DNA of 64,000 nucleotides from an uncultured Bacteroidales bacterium (GTDB lineage Bacteria > Bacteroidota > Bacteroidia > Bacteroidales > PUMT01). Positions 37,432 through 47,096 of this stretch are shown piece by piece. The notes beneath the pieces were generated by a model. The model saw nothing but the letters and a program-made list of their open reading frames with translations, ran no database searches and was not told the origin of the DNA. How positions within the stretch are numbered: the first letter of the stretch is position 1; each line of letters starts with the position of its first letter. Where the stretch lies: assembly GCA_964421595.1 (NCBI GenBank), contig CAYQXY010000004.1:9598-73597 (forward strand), written 5' to 3'. The translations under genes and the position numbers were made by a program.

Positions 37432-39054
37432 ATGTTGCGAAATAGATACTTAATCCTGGTCTTTGGACTATTCTTGTCCTTCCAGACTATATCTGCACAG
37501 GTATTCAATGAACAGGTTTATAAATTCAGTACTGCCCTGGGCTCAGTTTCAACATTTTACGTCGATTCTGTCGATCAGGATAAGTTGGTGGAAGATGCTA
37601 TTGTTGAGATGCTTAAAAAGCTGGATCCTCATTCAGTATATATCAACAAGGATGATGTCAAGGCCATGAATGAGCCTCTTCAGGGAAATTTTGAAGGAAT
37701 TGGAGTTCAGTTTAATCTTCTCGACGATACAATTTTCATAGTTTCCCCTATTTCAGGGGGGCCATCGGAAAAAGTCGGTATTCAGGCAGGAGACCGTATA
37801 GTGAAGATTGATTCTGAAGAAGTTGCCGGCAAGGGAATTACACAGGTTCAGGTTCGGGAAAAACTTATGGGAGAGAAGGGTACTAGAGTGACAGTTACAG
37901 TTAAACGCCGTAACGAGAACTCACTTCTTGACTTTACAATAACCAGAGATAAAATTCCAATCTATAGTCTGGAGGCATCATATATGGTTGATGATGAAAC
38001 AGGCTATATTCGTCTAAACCGCTTCTCTTTTACCACGGTCAGGGAGTTTGAGCAGGCACTTAATGACTTAAAGAAGAAGAAGATGAGGAATCTTATTCTT
38101 GACCTCAGGGACAACGGAGGTGGATATCTTCAGGAATCCATTACCCTTTCCGACCATTTTCTCGACAAGGATAAGATGATAGTATATACGGAAGGTCTGA
38201 ATATTTCAAAGATGGATTACACGTCTACAACCGGAGGTGGATTTAAGGATGGACGTCTGGTGGTCCTTCTGAATGAGAATTCTGCATCGGCCAGTGAGAT
38301 TGTTGCAGGGGCAATTCAGGATTGGGACCGCGGACTGATAATTGGGAGGCGTTCCTTCGGGAAAGGTCTGGTACAGCGACCTGTCAACCTGCCTGATGGT
38401 TCAATGATAAGGCTTACTGTTGCCAGGTATTATACTCCTACCGGCAGACTGATTCAGAGGCCTTACAATAATGGTGCAGACGAATATTCCATGGATGCTG
38501 TGAGGAGATATACCAATGGTGAATATTTTTCCCGGGACAGTATACATCTTGACGATTCCATTAAATATTATACCAAGATGAACAACAGGGTTGTTTACGG
38601 CGGGGGAGGAATTATGCCCGATATATTTGTACCTTATGACACTGTTGCTATTACAGGATATTATCGTGAACTGGTCCGTAACGGAATCTTTAACCGGTAT
38701 GTACTGAATTATGTTGACCGGAACCGTGCCGGTTTAAAGCAACAGTTTCCTGAATTCCAGGAGTTTAACAGTGATTTCATGGTTGACCAGTCAATGATCA
38801 GAGAGTTTGCCGAATATGGTGAAAAGGAAGGTGTGAAGATTAATGAGAAGGAGATGGATATATCAGCAAATACAATTTCTATTCAGCTAAAAGCATTGAT
38901 AGCAAGGGATCTGTTTGATGTAAGTGAATATTTTGAAATTATAAACTCCCGTGACAATGCTTTTCTTAAAGCGATGGAAATAATCAGCGACAGACGTACA
39001 TATCAGTCCTATATCCGTCAAAACTCGCCTCCTGTTAACGCGGAATTGCAATAA
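37432..39054 (+). CDS. S41 family C-terminal processing peptidase with PDZ domain
   Basis: Signal peptide. PDZ domain (GGPSEKVGIQAGDRIVKID). LDLRDNGGGYL, SASASEI and RRSFGKGLVQ motifs. Confidence 0.88.
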   Translation: MLRNRYLILVFGLFLSFQTISAQVFNEQVYKFSTALGSVSTFYVDSVDQDKLVEDAIVEMLKKLDPHSVYINKDDVKAMNEPLQGNFEGIGVQFNLLDDTIFIVSPISGGPSEKVGIQAGDRIVKIDSEEVAGKGITQVQVREKLMGEKGTRVTVTVKRRNENSLLDFTITRDKIPIYSLEASYMVDDETGYIRLNRFSFTTVREFEQALNDLKKKKMRNLILDLRDNGGGYLQESITLSDHFLDKDKMIVYTEGLNISKMDYTSTTGGGFKDGRLVVLLNENSASASEIVAGAIQDWDRGLIIGRRSFGKGLVQRPVNLPDGSMIRLTVARYYTPTGRLIQRPYNNGADEYSMDAVRRYTNGEYFSRDSIHLDDSIKYYTKMNNRVVYGGGGIMPDIFVPYDTVAITGYYRELVRNGIFNRYVLNYVDRNRAGLKQQFPEFQEFNSDFMVDQSMIREFAEYGEKEGVKINEKEMDISANTISIQLKALIARDLFDVSEYFEIINSRDNAFLKAMEIISDRRTYQSYIRQNSPPVNAELQ

Positions 39055-39105
39055 CAGCAAGCTAAAAAAGCAGTAACAACTCTAAGGTTATGTGTTATCT
39101 TTCCA

Positions 39106-39675
39106 ATGGATATTAAAAAAGTAGTCATTACCGGACCTGAATCTACCGGTAAGACCATACTTGCGGCAGAACTTGCATCCTTTTTCAAAACCACATGGAT
39201 ACCTGAATATGCCCGAGGTTATATAATGGGGCTCAACAGGAAATATACATTCGATGACGTAGAGCATATAGCCCTTGAGCAGATCAGAAGGGAGAAACAA
39301 TTCCTCAAATCTGCCAGGGGTTTCCTGTTTTATGATACACACCTTATCGTGACCAAAATCTGGTTCAAGCAGGTTTTCGGCCATTATCCGGAGTGGTTGG
39401 ACGGTGAGATAGAGAACATGGCGATCGGACTTTTTTTGGTATGTAACACCGATATACCGTGGGTTCAGGATCCGGTAAGAGAAAACGGGGGTGAAATGCG
39501 GGAAGTATTGCTGGATATGTATATCAGGGAAATTGAATCGATTGAGATCCCATGGGCGCTTGTTTCAGGGAAATCAACACACAGAACCAGGTCTGCTATT
39601 GAGCTGGTCAGATCTCATTTTAATATTGACCCGGGAAAGTTCAATGAAAGGGGAAGCCAATGGATTGGAAATTAA
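39106..39675 (+). CDS. NadR-C-terminal-like AAA ATPase / ribosylnicotinamide kinase-like protein
   Basis: P-loop ITGPESTGKT followed by IPEYARGY, ~190 aa. Confidence 0.65.
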   Translation: MDIKKVVITGPESTGKTILAAELASFFKTTWIPEYARGYIMGLNRKYTFDDVEHIALEQIRREKQFLKSARGFLFYDTHLIVTKIWFKQVFGHYPEWLDGEIENMAIGLFLVCNTDIPWVQDPVRENGGEMREVLLDMYIREIESIEIPWALVSGKSTHRTRSAIELVRSHFNIDPGKFNERGSQWIGN

Positions 39676-39734
39676 ACCCTGCAGGTAAGTGCTTTCTCAT
39701 TGCCCACCCATAAAAACAATTCTAAACCACAGGG

Positions 39735-40907
39735 ATGGAACAAAAAAATAAAAACAGAGAAAGGTTTGAAATGGTTGCGAAGACTTTTCGGGGACTGGAG
39801 TCTTTGCTTGCAGGTGAACTGGAGGCTATCGGCGGTGGAAATATAAGAACCGGGTTCCGGGTGGTTTATTTTGATGGGGACATTGAAGTGATGTACAGGG
39901 CAAATTTTCAGGTTCGTACTGCATTACGCATATTAAAGCCTTTTTATGAGTTTCGTGCGAAAAACGATGAGGAACTTTACAACGGAGCATATAGTTTTGA
40001 CTGGTCCGGACTGTTAACTGAAAACTCAACGTTTGCGGTTAATGGCGTCGTTAGTTCGCCGTATTTTAATCATTCCAAATTTATTGCACTTCGTGTTAAA
40101 GATGCTATTGCCGATCAGTTCAGAGCTAAAACCGGCAAAAGACCGGATGTTGATACAGAAAATCCGGATGTCAGGATAAATCTTCATGTTTCATCAGACC
40201 GTTGTACTTTACTTCTGGATTCTTCGGGTGACTCACTTCACAAAAGAGGCTACCGTACTACAACAGTTGAGGCACCAATAAATGAGGTTCTTGCTGCCGG
40301 TATGATAATGCTCTCAGGATGGGACCGGGAATCAGCCTTCATTGATCCAATGTGTGGTTCGGGAACCATACCAATTGAGGCTGCCATGATGGCCTATAAT
40401 ATTCCGCCGGGAATATACAGAAAACAATTTGCCTTTGAAAAATGGCCCGACTTTGACAAGGATCTCTTTAACAATATTTATAATGAAGAGTACCCTGAAC
40501 CCAAAGTGATTCCTGAAATTGTAGGATCTGATATGTCTCCACAGGCTGTTGCGATGGCAAAAACCAATGCAAAAAATGCATTTATGGGAAAAAAGATTGA
40601 TTTCAAGGTTTCTGCGTTTGAAGAGATGCTCCCGCCTGCCAATGGTGGTATGCTTATTACCAACCCACCCTATGGTGAAAGATTAAAACAAGAGAATATA
40701 AAAGCTTTTCATATGATCATGGGTGATTATCTTAAAAAAAACTTTACCGGCTATACTGCATGGATACTGAGCAGCAATATCGAAGCACTCAAATTTACAG
40801 GCCTCCGTCCGGAGCAGAAGATAGTTCTTTATAACGGTCCCCTCGAATGCAGGTTTGTTAAATTTTCGATATATAAAGGCACCAAAAAAACTCATAAACT
40901 GACCTAG
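39735..40907 (+). CDS. THUMP-domain class I SAM-dependent RNA methyltransferase (RlmL/UPF0020-like)
   Basis: THUMP N-terminal region, SAM motif DPMCGSGTIPIE, catalytic NPPYGERL. Confidence 0.85.
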   Translation: MEQKNKNRERFEMVAKTFRGLESLLAGELEAIGGGNIRTGFRVVYFDGDIEVMYRANFQVRTALRILKPFYEFRAKNDEELYNGAYSFDWSGLLTENSTFAVNGVVSSPYFNHSKFIALRVKDAIADQFRAKTGKRPDVDTENPDVRINLHVSSDRCTLLLDSSGDSLHKRGYRTTTVEAPINEVLAAGMIMLSGWDRESAFIDPMCGSGTIPIEAAMMAYNIPPGIYRKQFAFEKWPDFDKDLFNNIYNEEYPEPKVIPEIVGSDMSPQAVAMAKTNAKNAFMGKKIDFKVSAFEEMLPPANGGMLITNPPYGERLKQENIKAFHMIMGDYLKKNFTGYTAWILSSNIEALKFTGLRPEQKIVLYNGPLECRFVKFSIYKGTKKTHKLT

Positions 40908-41056
40908 GCAGCTGAAGTGTTGATATTGTGAATTCTGGAACTTTCGGTATGTGCTAGTAATGAAGACTTTACCAATTTAATCATATTATATTGCTAATTA
41001 CGAATATTTGTATATTTTTAAAGTTTATATTTTTGTGATTAAAATAGTAGTTTTAC

Positions 41057-41064
41057 TATATTTG
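41057..41064 (+). promoter_or_regulatory. Perfect Bacteroidota -7 box TATATTTG (TAnnTTTG)
   Basis: 45 nt upstream of the ATG of the SiaB-like gene, in an AT-rich 200-nt intergenic region. Confidence 0.35.
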
Positions 41065-41109
41065 TTCGGCATTTATTGAATTCAGGGATATCTCAACGCA
41101 TAGGCCTTT

Positions 41110-41670
41110 ATGAGCTTTAATTTACAGGAGTGTTTTAAAATAATGAATGAAGGCGATGTGCTTCTTGCATATAAGGGGAGCATTACCACCGAACTGATTA
41201 CAAATGTACTTGAGGTAGTAGAGTCAAAGCTTGAAGATATAAATGCAGCCTCGGTAATAAAGAAGAAGGTTTATAATGTCCTTGTAGAAAGTCTCCAGAA
41301 CCTTTTTCATCATATTGATGATATTCCTGAAAATATTGAAGGCGAATATGACGGAAGATTCGGTGTACTTGTCGTCGCAAAAGACGGGAAGAATTACAGG
41401 ATCTCCACCGGTAATTTCGTGCGGGCCGGAAGAGCAAAACAACTGAAGGATAAGATAGATAAAATAAATTCACTTTCAAGGGAAGAGCTGAAGGACATGT
41501 ATAAATATGTTCTTAATCATCAGAAAATTTCCCCCAAGGGAGGTGGAGGTCTTGGATTGATCGATATAGCAAAGAAAACAGGAAATAAAATGGAATATAT
41601 TTTCCATAATTACAATCATGAGTACTATTTTTTCAACCTGAATGTATTTATTTCTGAAATCAGGAGTTGA
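41110..41670 (+). CDS. SiaB-family (DUF6272, GHKL-fold) protein kinase-like protein
   Basis: 186 aa. VLLAYKGSITTELITNVLEVVESKL...VLVESLQNLFHH and G-box GGGGLGLIDIAKKTG. Paired with a DUF1987 gene 19 nt downstream. Confidence 0.65.
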   Translation: MSFNLQECFKIMNEGDVLLAYKGSITTELITNVLEVVESKLEDINAASVIKKKVYNVLVESLQNLFHHIDDIPENIEGEYDGRFGVLVVAKDGKNYRISTGNFVRAGRAKQLKDKIDKINSLSREELKDMYKYVLNHQKISPKGGGGLGLIDIAKKTGNKMEYIFHNYNHEYYFFNLNVFISEIRS

Positions 41671-41689
41671 AATTTTTAATCATTAACTA

Positions 41690-42070
41690 ATGAAACCGAT
41701 AATAATAGAAGGAACACCAAAAACACCCACTGTCAAATTTGATGCAAGCACCGGACTGATTGAGATAAAAGGAAGGTCTATACCTGAAAATTCAATAGAG
41801 TTCTACAAACCGATGGTTGACTGGCTTGAGCAGTACTCGGCTAATCCGGCCTCCAGGACCATCGTCAATATACACCTTGAATATTTTAATACGAGCTCCT
41901 CAAAATCCATTCTGGATGTGTTCAAGAAACTTGAATCGATACATAAGGCCAAGCACGATGTTATTGTAAATTGGTATTACGAAGAAGATGATGAAGATAT
42001 GCTGGAGGCGGGTGAAGATTATGAATCCATTATCCGGATACCCTTTAAAATGGTGGAGATAGAAGACTGA
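41690..42070 (+). CDS. DUF1987 / SiaC-family regulatory phosphoprotein
   Basis: 126 aa. GTPKTPTVKFDASTGLIEIKGRSIPENSIEFYKPMVDWL...LEYFNTSSSKSI is typical of DUF1987. Confidence 0.75.
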   Translation: MKPIIIEGTPKTPTVKFDASTGLIEIKGRSIPENSIEFYKPMVDWLEQYSANPASRTIVNIHLEYFNTSSSKSILDVFKKLESIHKAKHDVIVNWYYEEDDEDMLEAGEDYESIIRIPFKMVEIED

Positions 42071-42097
42071 AATAAAAAAGTAACTCTGATTTTTAAT

Positions 42098-42127
42098 TCC
42101 GGCCACTCCCTGTAGCCGGATTTTTTT
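42098..42127 (+). terminator. Rho-independent terminator after the SiaC-like gene
   Basis: TCCGGC-(11-nt loop)-GCCGGA followed by T7. Confidence 0.6.
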
Positions 42128-42189
42128 ATCTCATATAAACTACTTTCGATATACCCTTTCCGACCATCAGTCCGGTGGTATATAATCGA

Positions 42190-45100
42190 TTAATTATCGG
42201 AAATATTTTCAGGATTGACCCTGGCTCTGAGCCCGGATATGATTTCTCCAATATAGTCAATAACCTTCCTGAGTACCCGGAAATATAGTAACACATACAG
42301 AAATAATGTCATTACCCAGATTATAAAAAGGTTAACCCACATTGTATGCAAGGTGATTCCAAAAATACTTTTAGAGGGGGAATAGAACTGAGCCTTTATG
42401 AATTTGTTTTGAGGATCACGATAAACCGGGTCAGCTTTTTGGTAAAGCCTGTTATTGTATTCAACAATCCGGTTTGTAGTTTTTGAATTTCTGACCAGAT
42501 CACTCAAAGCCTCATTATGGTATCGGTTTTTTAATTCGATAAAATATTCAGTGCTTTCGCCGGTGCGGTTATACCAGGAAATAATACTGTCTTTCTGGTG
42601 ACTGGCTTTATTGTATGAACTCTGATAGTAAAGTTTAAGATCTTCAAGATAGTCAGCTGCCTTTTCAATGTAATCAGTTGTTGCTTCTTCAGAGTTTAAA
42701 TGGAGGGAGAATCCTGATTGATCATTCAGTTCGTTTTCTACAAGATTTAATTTCCCGGCCACACTCTCAGAGAGGAGCTTATTGTCCAGGTTCCTCCCGG
42801 AATATGCCAGTTTGTTTTGAACATCAGGAATCCAGTAATTATTCATGTATTCAGCCCTGCTCATCTGTTTATTCAAATGATAGAATTTTTTCTCAAAACG
42901 GTTGCGTGTAAATTGCCAAACTGCAAGGGCCTCATAGGCCCATCTGGCGGTTATTATCTCGCCATAGAGGGGGATTCTGTCAGGATGGGAAACAGATGGA
43001 TTCATATTCTCGAATTTCACTATCACACCGCTCAGTATTAACTGCGGGATAACCAGAAAAGGAATAAGGATATATACAGTTATGACGGTTCGGAAACTGT
43101 CTGATACAATAAGCCCGAGAACAACTGAGAAACACCACGCACTGAATAGTACAATCCAGTAATGAAAATACATTCCCTGTACTTCCATTATATAATTACC
43201 AACCACTACAAAAGACATTGCCTGGATTGCAGATATTATAAACAATACAAATATTTTTGACATAAGATATCCTGACCAGCTAAGGTTAAGGAATGATTCC
43301 CGTTTCAGAATTTTTCTGTCTTTTATAATTTCTTCGGCACTGATGGTAAGTCCCGTGAAAATTGCAACAATGACAGATATGAACAGGTATACCGGAAGAT
43401 TAACATTTCCGGCAAATGTATAGCCATCAGGGTTTGCTGAATTGACATCATGATATTTTATAATGAAGGCAAGCAGAAATGCCAGAACCGGAGCCTCGAG
43501 AAAATTTATAAGAAGGTATTGCCTGTCAGATAGTTTAGAGAGGATATCCCGTTTTGCAAAAACAATAAATTGCCTGTATCTGCCTGGAATCTTAAATGAT
43601 TTGGCCGGCAGGGGGCCATGTTTCAGGTTCTGTTTTCTATCTTGTGGGTTGCTCCTGCTTTGCAGACGGGCCCACTCAAATGGTGAAACTTTACGTATTT
43701 TAGTCTGTTTGCCAAATTCGTCGGGTAAATTTGCCTCTATTATATTGAATATCTGTTCGGAGTTCACATTCCCGCAATTGTGGCATTCACTCTCGTTCCA
43801 GTTTGCATGGCCTGAACAGGACTTAAAATATGAGATGGCTTCAACCGGATCACCTGCATATATCAAATATCCGCCCGTATCAAGAATCAGGAGTTTGTCA
43901 AACATCTTATAAATATCTGAAGATGGCTGATGGATTACAACGAATACCAGTTTTCCTTTAAGAGAAAGCTCTTTAAGGAGATCAAGAATATTTTCCGAAT
44001 CCCTCGATGACAACCCTGATGTAGGTTCGTCCAGGAATAATATGGCAGGTTCCCTGATAAGTTCAAGTGCAATATTAAGTCTTTTTCTTTGTCCTCCGCT
44101 TATTTTATTGTTAAGCTGATCGCCAACCTGGATATCCTTAATTTCAAACAGCCCGAGTTGTTTCAGCATTCGGCCGACAGTATCTGCTACCTGTTCACTT
44201 GTATAGTTAGCGAAGCATAGCTTTGCATTGTAGTATAGATTCTGGTAAACAGTAAGTTCTTCGATAAGCAGGTCGTCCTGTGAAACATGACCAATTAGTC
44301 CCTCGACCTTATCCTTATTGCTGTATATGTCAATTCCGTTTATCAGTACCTGACCTTTCCCCGGCTTTCGGCTTCCGTTCAGTACATTCAAAAGTGTTGA
44401 TTTACCTGAACCGCTTGAACCCATTATACCTATAAGTCTGCCTGATTCTTCAGCAAATGTTATATTCCGGAGTCCGGGTTTACCATCCCTGAAACGATAT
44501 CCAATATTGTTCGCACTGAATATTATACCCGACTCAATCAGATGGGGGCTGAAGGAGCTTACAATGTCGCTGAAATATACAGGCTTGATAGCCGGATTTC
44601 TCAGGGAGGTTCCGTTATCAAAAACATATACCTTATCCTGCTGCATAAGCTGGGAATTCAGATATACCTCACTTAAGCCAATATACCTTGCCAGGTACAT
44701 ATTGACAAATGTTACTTTAAATACCCTCACCTGTCCCTCAATTAGTTCCCTGTATATATGTCTCGTGCCGGAAATGGTTATATCCGAATTGTTACCTATA
44801 ATCAGTGTTTTTCGGTTATCCGGCAATGTATCAAATGCGGTCAGGACAAAATCACTTATTTGCCTGAACTCTGTACCGGAAATATTGAAAGTCTCAGCAA
44901 CCGTTGAGATAAATTCAAATTCCTGTGATGAGATTATATCATTATCACTTTTAACAAATTCAAGAAGATTAACAAGAACTATGACTTTCTGTCTGCGGTT
45001 CAGCTCTTCATTGATCCTGGTACAAATAACCAGAACGCGCACAGAGAGTGAGGAGGTCCTTTTTTCTCCCTTATCCTTTTCTCTTAATTTTTGCTGGTAT

Positions 45101-45267
45101 TTATTGTAATTCTCGTCGAAAACTTTCAGGTACTCAGCGACAAGCTGCCTGTTTAAATGCCTGTTAAGGTAGGACGCAACTACAGCCCTCCGGTCAGGCG
45201 TATTGCTTTCCGGTCGTGCGATAATTGCAAAAAGCTGCATCAGAGCTCTAAGGATCTGTTGACTCAT
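42190..45267 (-). CDS. Fused ABC transporter (ABCG/White-like ATPase plus ABC-2 permease) with TerB-like N-terminal domain and C-terminal extension
   Basis: 1025 aa. Walker A GSSGSGKS (res 282-289), signature ISGGQRKR, Walker B ILFLDEP, ABCG-type IHQPS. ~6 TM after res ~590, then a ~220-aa extension with a final TM. Confidence 0.8.
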   Translation of the reverse strand: MSQQILRALMQLFAIIARPESNTPDRRAVVASYLNRHLNRQLVAEYLKVFDENYNKYQQKLREKDKGEKRTSSLSVRVLVICTRINEELNRRQKVIVLVNLLEFVKSDNDIISSQEFEFISTVAETFNISGTEFRQISDFVLTAFDTLPDNRKTLIIGNNSDITISGTRHIYRELIEGQVRVFKVTFVNMYLARYIGLSEVYLNSQLMQQDKVYVFDNGTSLRNPAIKPVYFSDIVSSFSPHLIESGIIFSANNIGYRFRDGKPGLRNITFAEESGRLIGIMGSSGSGKSTLLNVLNGSRKPGKGQVLINGIDIYSNKDKVEGLIGHVSQDDLLIEELTVYQNLYYNAKLCFANYTSEQVADTVGRMLKQLGLFEIKDIQVGDQLNNKISGGQRKRLNIALELIREPAILFLDEPTSGLSSRDSENILDLLKELSLKGKLVFVVIHQPSSDIYKMFDKLLILDTGGYLIYAGDPVEAISYFKSCSGHANWNESECHNCGNVNSEQIFNIIEANLPDEFGKQTKIRKVSPFEWARLQSRSNPQDRKQNLKHGPLPAKSFKIPGRYRQFIVFAKRDILSKLSDRQYLLINFLEAPVLAFLLAFIIKYHDVNSANPDGYTFAGNVNLPVYLFISVIVAIFTGLTISAEEIIKDRKILKRESFLNLSWSGYLMSKIFVLFIISAIQAMSFVVVGNYIMEVQGMYFHYWIVLFSAWCFSVVLGLIVSDSFRTVITVYILIPFLVIPQLILSGVIVKFENMNPSVSHPDRIPLYGEIITARWAYEALAVWQFTRNRFEKKFYHLNKQMSRAEYMNNYWIPDVQNKLAYSGRNLDNKLLSESVAGKLNLVENELNDQSGFSLHLNSEEATTDYIEKAADYLEDLKLYYQSSYNKASHQKDSIISWYNRTGESTEYFIELKNRYHNEALSDLVRNSKTTNRIVEYNNRLYQKADPVYRDPQNKFIKAQFYSPSKSIFGITLHTMWVNLFIIWVMTLFLYVLLYFRVLRKVIDYIGEIISGLRARVNPENISDN

Positions 45268-45578
45268 TCTTTGATGGAAATATTATTATATGGATATGTT
45301 AATGAAAAAAATTAAAAATAGATAAATTAATTCATAATATTCACCGGCAGGGTTATCTCCTGAAACATATTACACAGGGCAATACTTTTTCCATGTTTGT
45401 AGTTTATCCCTGATTCCTTATATTGCGGGGAGTATTTATACATTAAAAAAGTGCATTTTGATTTATAAGGCAATTTACATAAGCGTAGCATTTTTTTGTA
45501 TACTTTTTATGCTGTAGAAACAATGTTAAAAGTAAAACGCAGCGAGTTCACGGTTTTTAGAAAAAATTAAACCCGTCA

Positions 45579-46916
45579 TTGACAACTGGTATATCAGCAA
45601 AGCGAATCTGGATGATAGCATACCCCATCATCCTCGGAAGCGTAGCGCAGAATTTCATTAATGTTACCGATACTGCCTTTCTCGGCCGACTTGGTGAGGT
45701 CGAACTTGGTGCAGGTGCCATTGGGGGGGTCTTTTACCTGACCATAATTATGTTTGGTTACGGATTGAGTGTCGGTACCCAGATAATAGTTGCCAGGCGT
45801 GAGGGAGAAGGCAAGCACAGACATGTAGGCAGGGTAATGGAACACTCATTTGTAGCCCTTGTTGTTATTGGTGCTTTGATGTTCATCCTCATGAAATTCC
45901 TGTCTCCCCTGTTTTTTTCACTTATAATCAGTTCAAAGCAGATTTTGTTTGCAAGCAATGAATTTATTCAGATGCGGGCGTGGGGCGTGGTGTTTGCCTT
46001 TATCAATATGGGCTTCAATGCCTTTTATATAGGTACATCAAATACCCGGGTAATTACCTGGTCAACAGTTTCAATGGCTTTTGTTAATATTGTACTTGAC
46101 TACATACTTATTTTCGGAAAGTTCGGGTTCCCGGAACTCGGACTGAAGGGTGCTGCCATCGCCTCTTTTTGTGCAGAAATTTCGGTAAGTGTTTTTTTTA
46201 TATGGTATACCCTTTCTCATACCGACCTGAAAAGATACAGGCTATTTTATTTCAGGGGATTTAATCTGAGTATCCTGACAAGGATTGGCAGAATTTCTGT
46301 TCCTGTAATGTTTCAGAACTTTCTTTCCCTGGCAGTGTGGTTTGTTTTTTTTGTATTCGTTGAACAGCTTGGAGAAACCCAGCTTGCAGTCTCCAATATC
46401 ATCAGAAGTGTTTATGTAATACTTATGATACCGATCTGGGGCTTTGCTGCTGCATCGAGTACACTTGTAAGTTTCCTGATAGGCCAGGGAAGAGAACAAC
46501 ATGTTCTGCCTGTAATTTATAAAACGGCCGGCCTTTGTTTCTTAATGGTCTCAGGATTTGTACTCCTTATAATTTTTATGCCGGTTGGCATTGTAAGTCT
46601 TTATACCAATGATGAAGCACTTATAAGTGCCTCTCTGCCAGTTTTGAATGTAGTATCCGGCACTGTAATATGTTTCGGATTTGCAATGGTGTTTTTCAAC
46701 GGACTTTCGGGTACAGGAAAAACAAACGTGACGTTAATAATAGAATTAATAGTAGTTGCAGTTTATCTTATTGCTGCATATCTGCTCACCAGTGTATTCA
46801 AACTTTCAATTGCCAGGGTATGGACAGTAGAGTATCTTTACGCTATTGCTCTTTTTTTACTGTCCTTCATCTATCTGAAATCAGGAAAATGGAAAGGCCA
46901 GACATCATGGCTTTGA
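45579..46916 (+). CDS. MATE family efflux transporter
   Basis: 12-TM profile. N-terminal KRIWMIAYPIILGSVAQNFINVTDTAFLGRLG is typical of MATE. The start is an apparent TTG, so the 5' boundary is uncertain. Confidence 0.85.
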   Translation: MTTGISAKRIWMIAYPIILGSVAQNFINVTDTAFLGRLGEVELGAGAIGGVFYLTIIMFGYGLSVGTQIIVARREGEGKHRHVGRVMEHSFVALVVIGALMFILMKFLSPLFFSLIISSKQILFASNEFIQMRAWGVVFAFINMGFNAFYIGTSNTRVITWSTVSMAFVNIVLDYILIFGKFGFPELGLKGAAIASFCAEISVSVFFIWYTLSHTDLKRYRLFYFRGFNLSILTRIGRISVPVMFQNFLSLAVWFVFFVFVEQLGETQLAVSNIIRSVYVILMIPIWGFAAASSTLVSFLIGQGREQHVLPVIYKTAGLCFLMVSGFVLLIIFMPVGIVSLYTNDEALISASLPVLNVVSGTVICFGFAMVFFNGLSGTGKTNVTLIIELIVVAVYLIAAYLLTSVFKLSIARVWTVEYLYAIALFLLSFIYLKSGKWKGQTSWL

Positions 46917-47096
46917 TTATAAATTATTTCCGGCCATTTTGTCGTATATTTATGTAGTTAAATGTGTCATTATTGCATAAAGGGCATATAAAAGTATACT
47001 GGCAAAAAATTTGATCAGGGTTCTTAACGAAATACAGATGACCACCCCTTAATTGAGGGCTTGGTTTAATGAGATATGACAATTAACTGAGATGAT

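Noticed and set aside
44507-45109. 200-aa ORF antisense to the 1025-aa ABC transporter gene
   Set aside because: It is embedded in a strongly supported CDS and has no recognisable domain, so I treat it as a shadow ORF.
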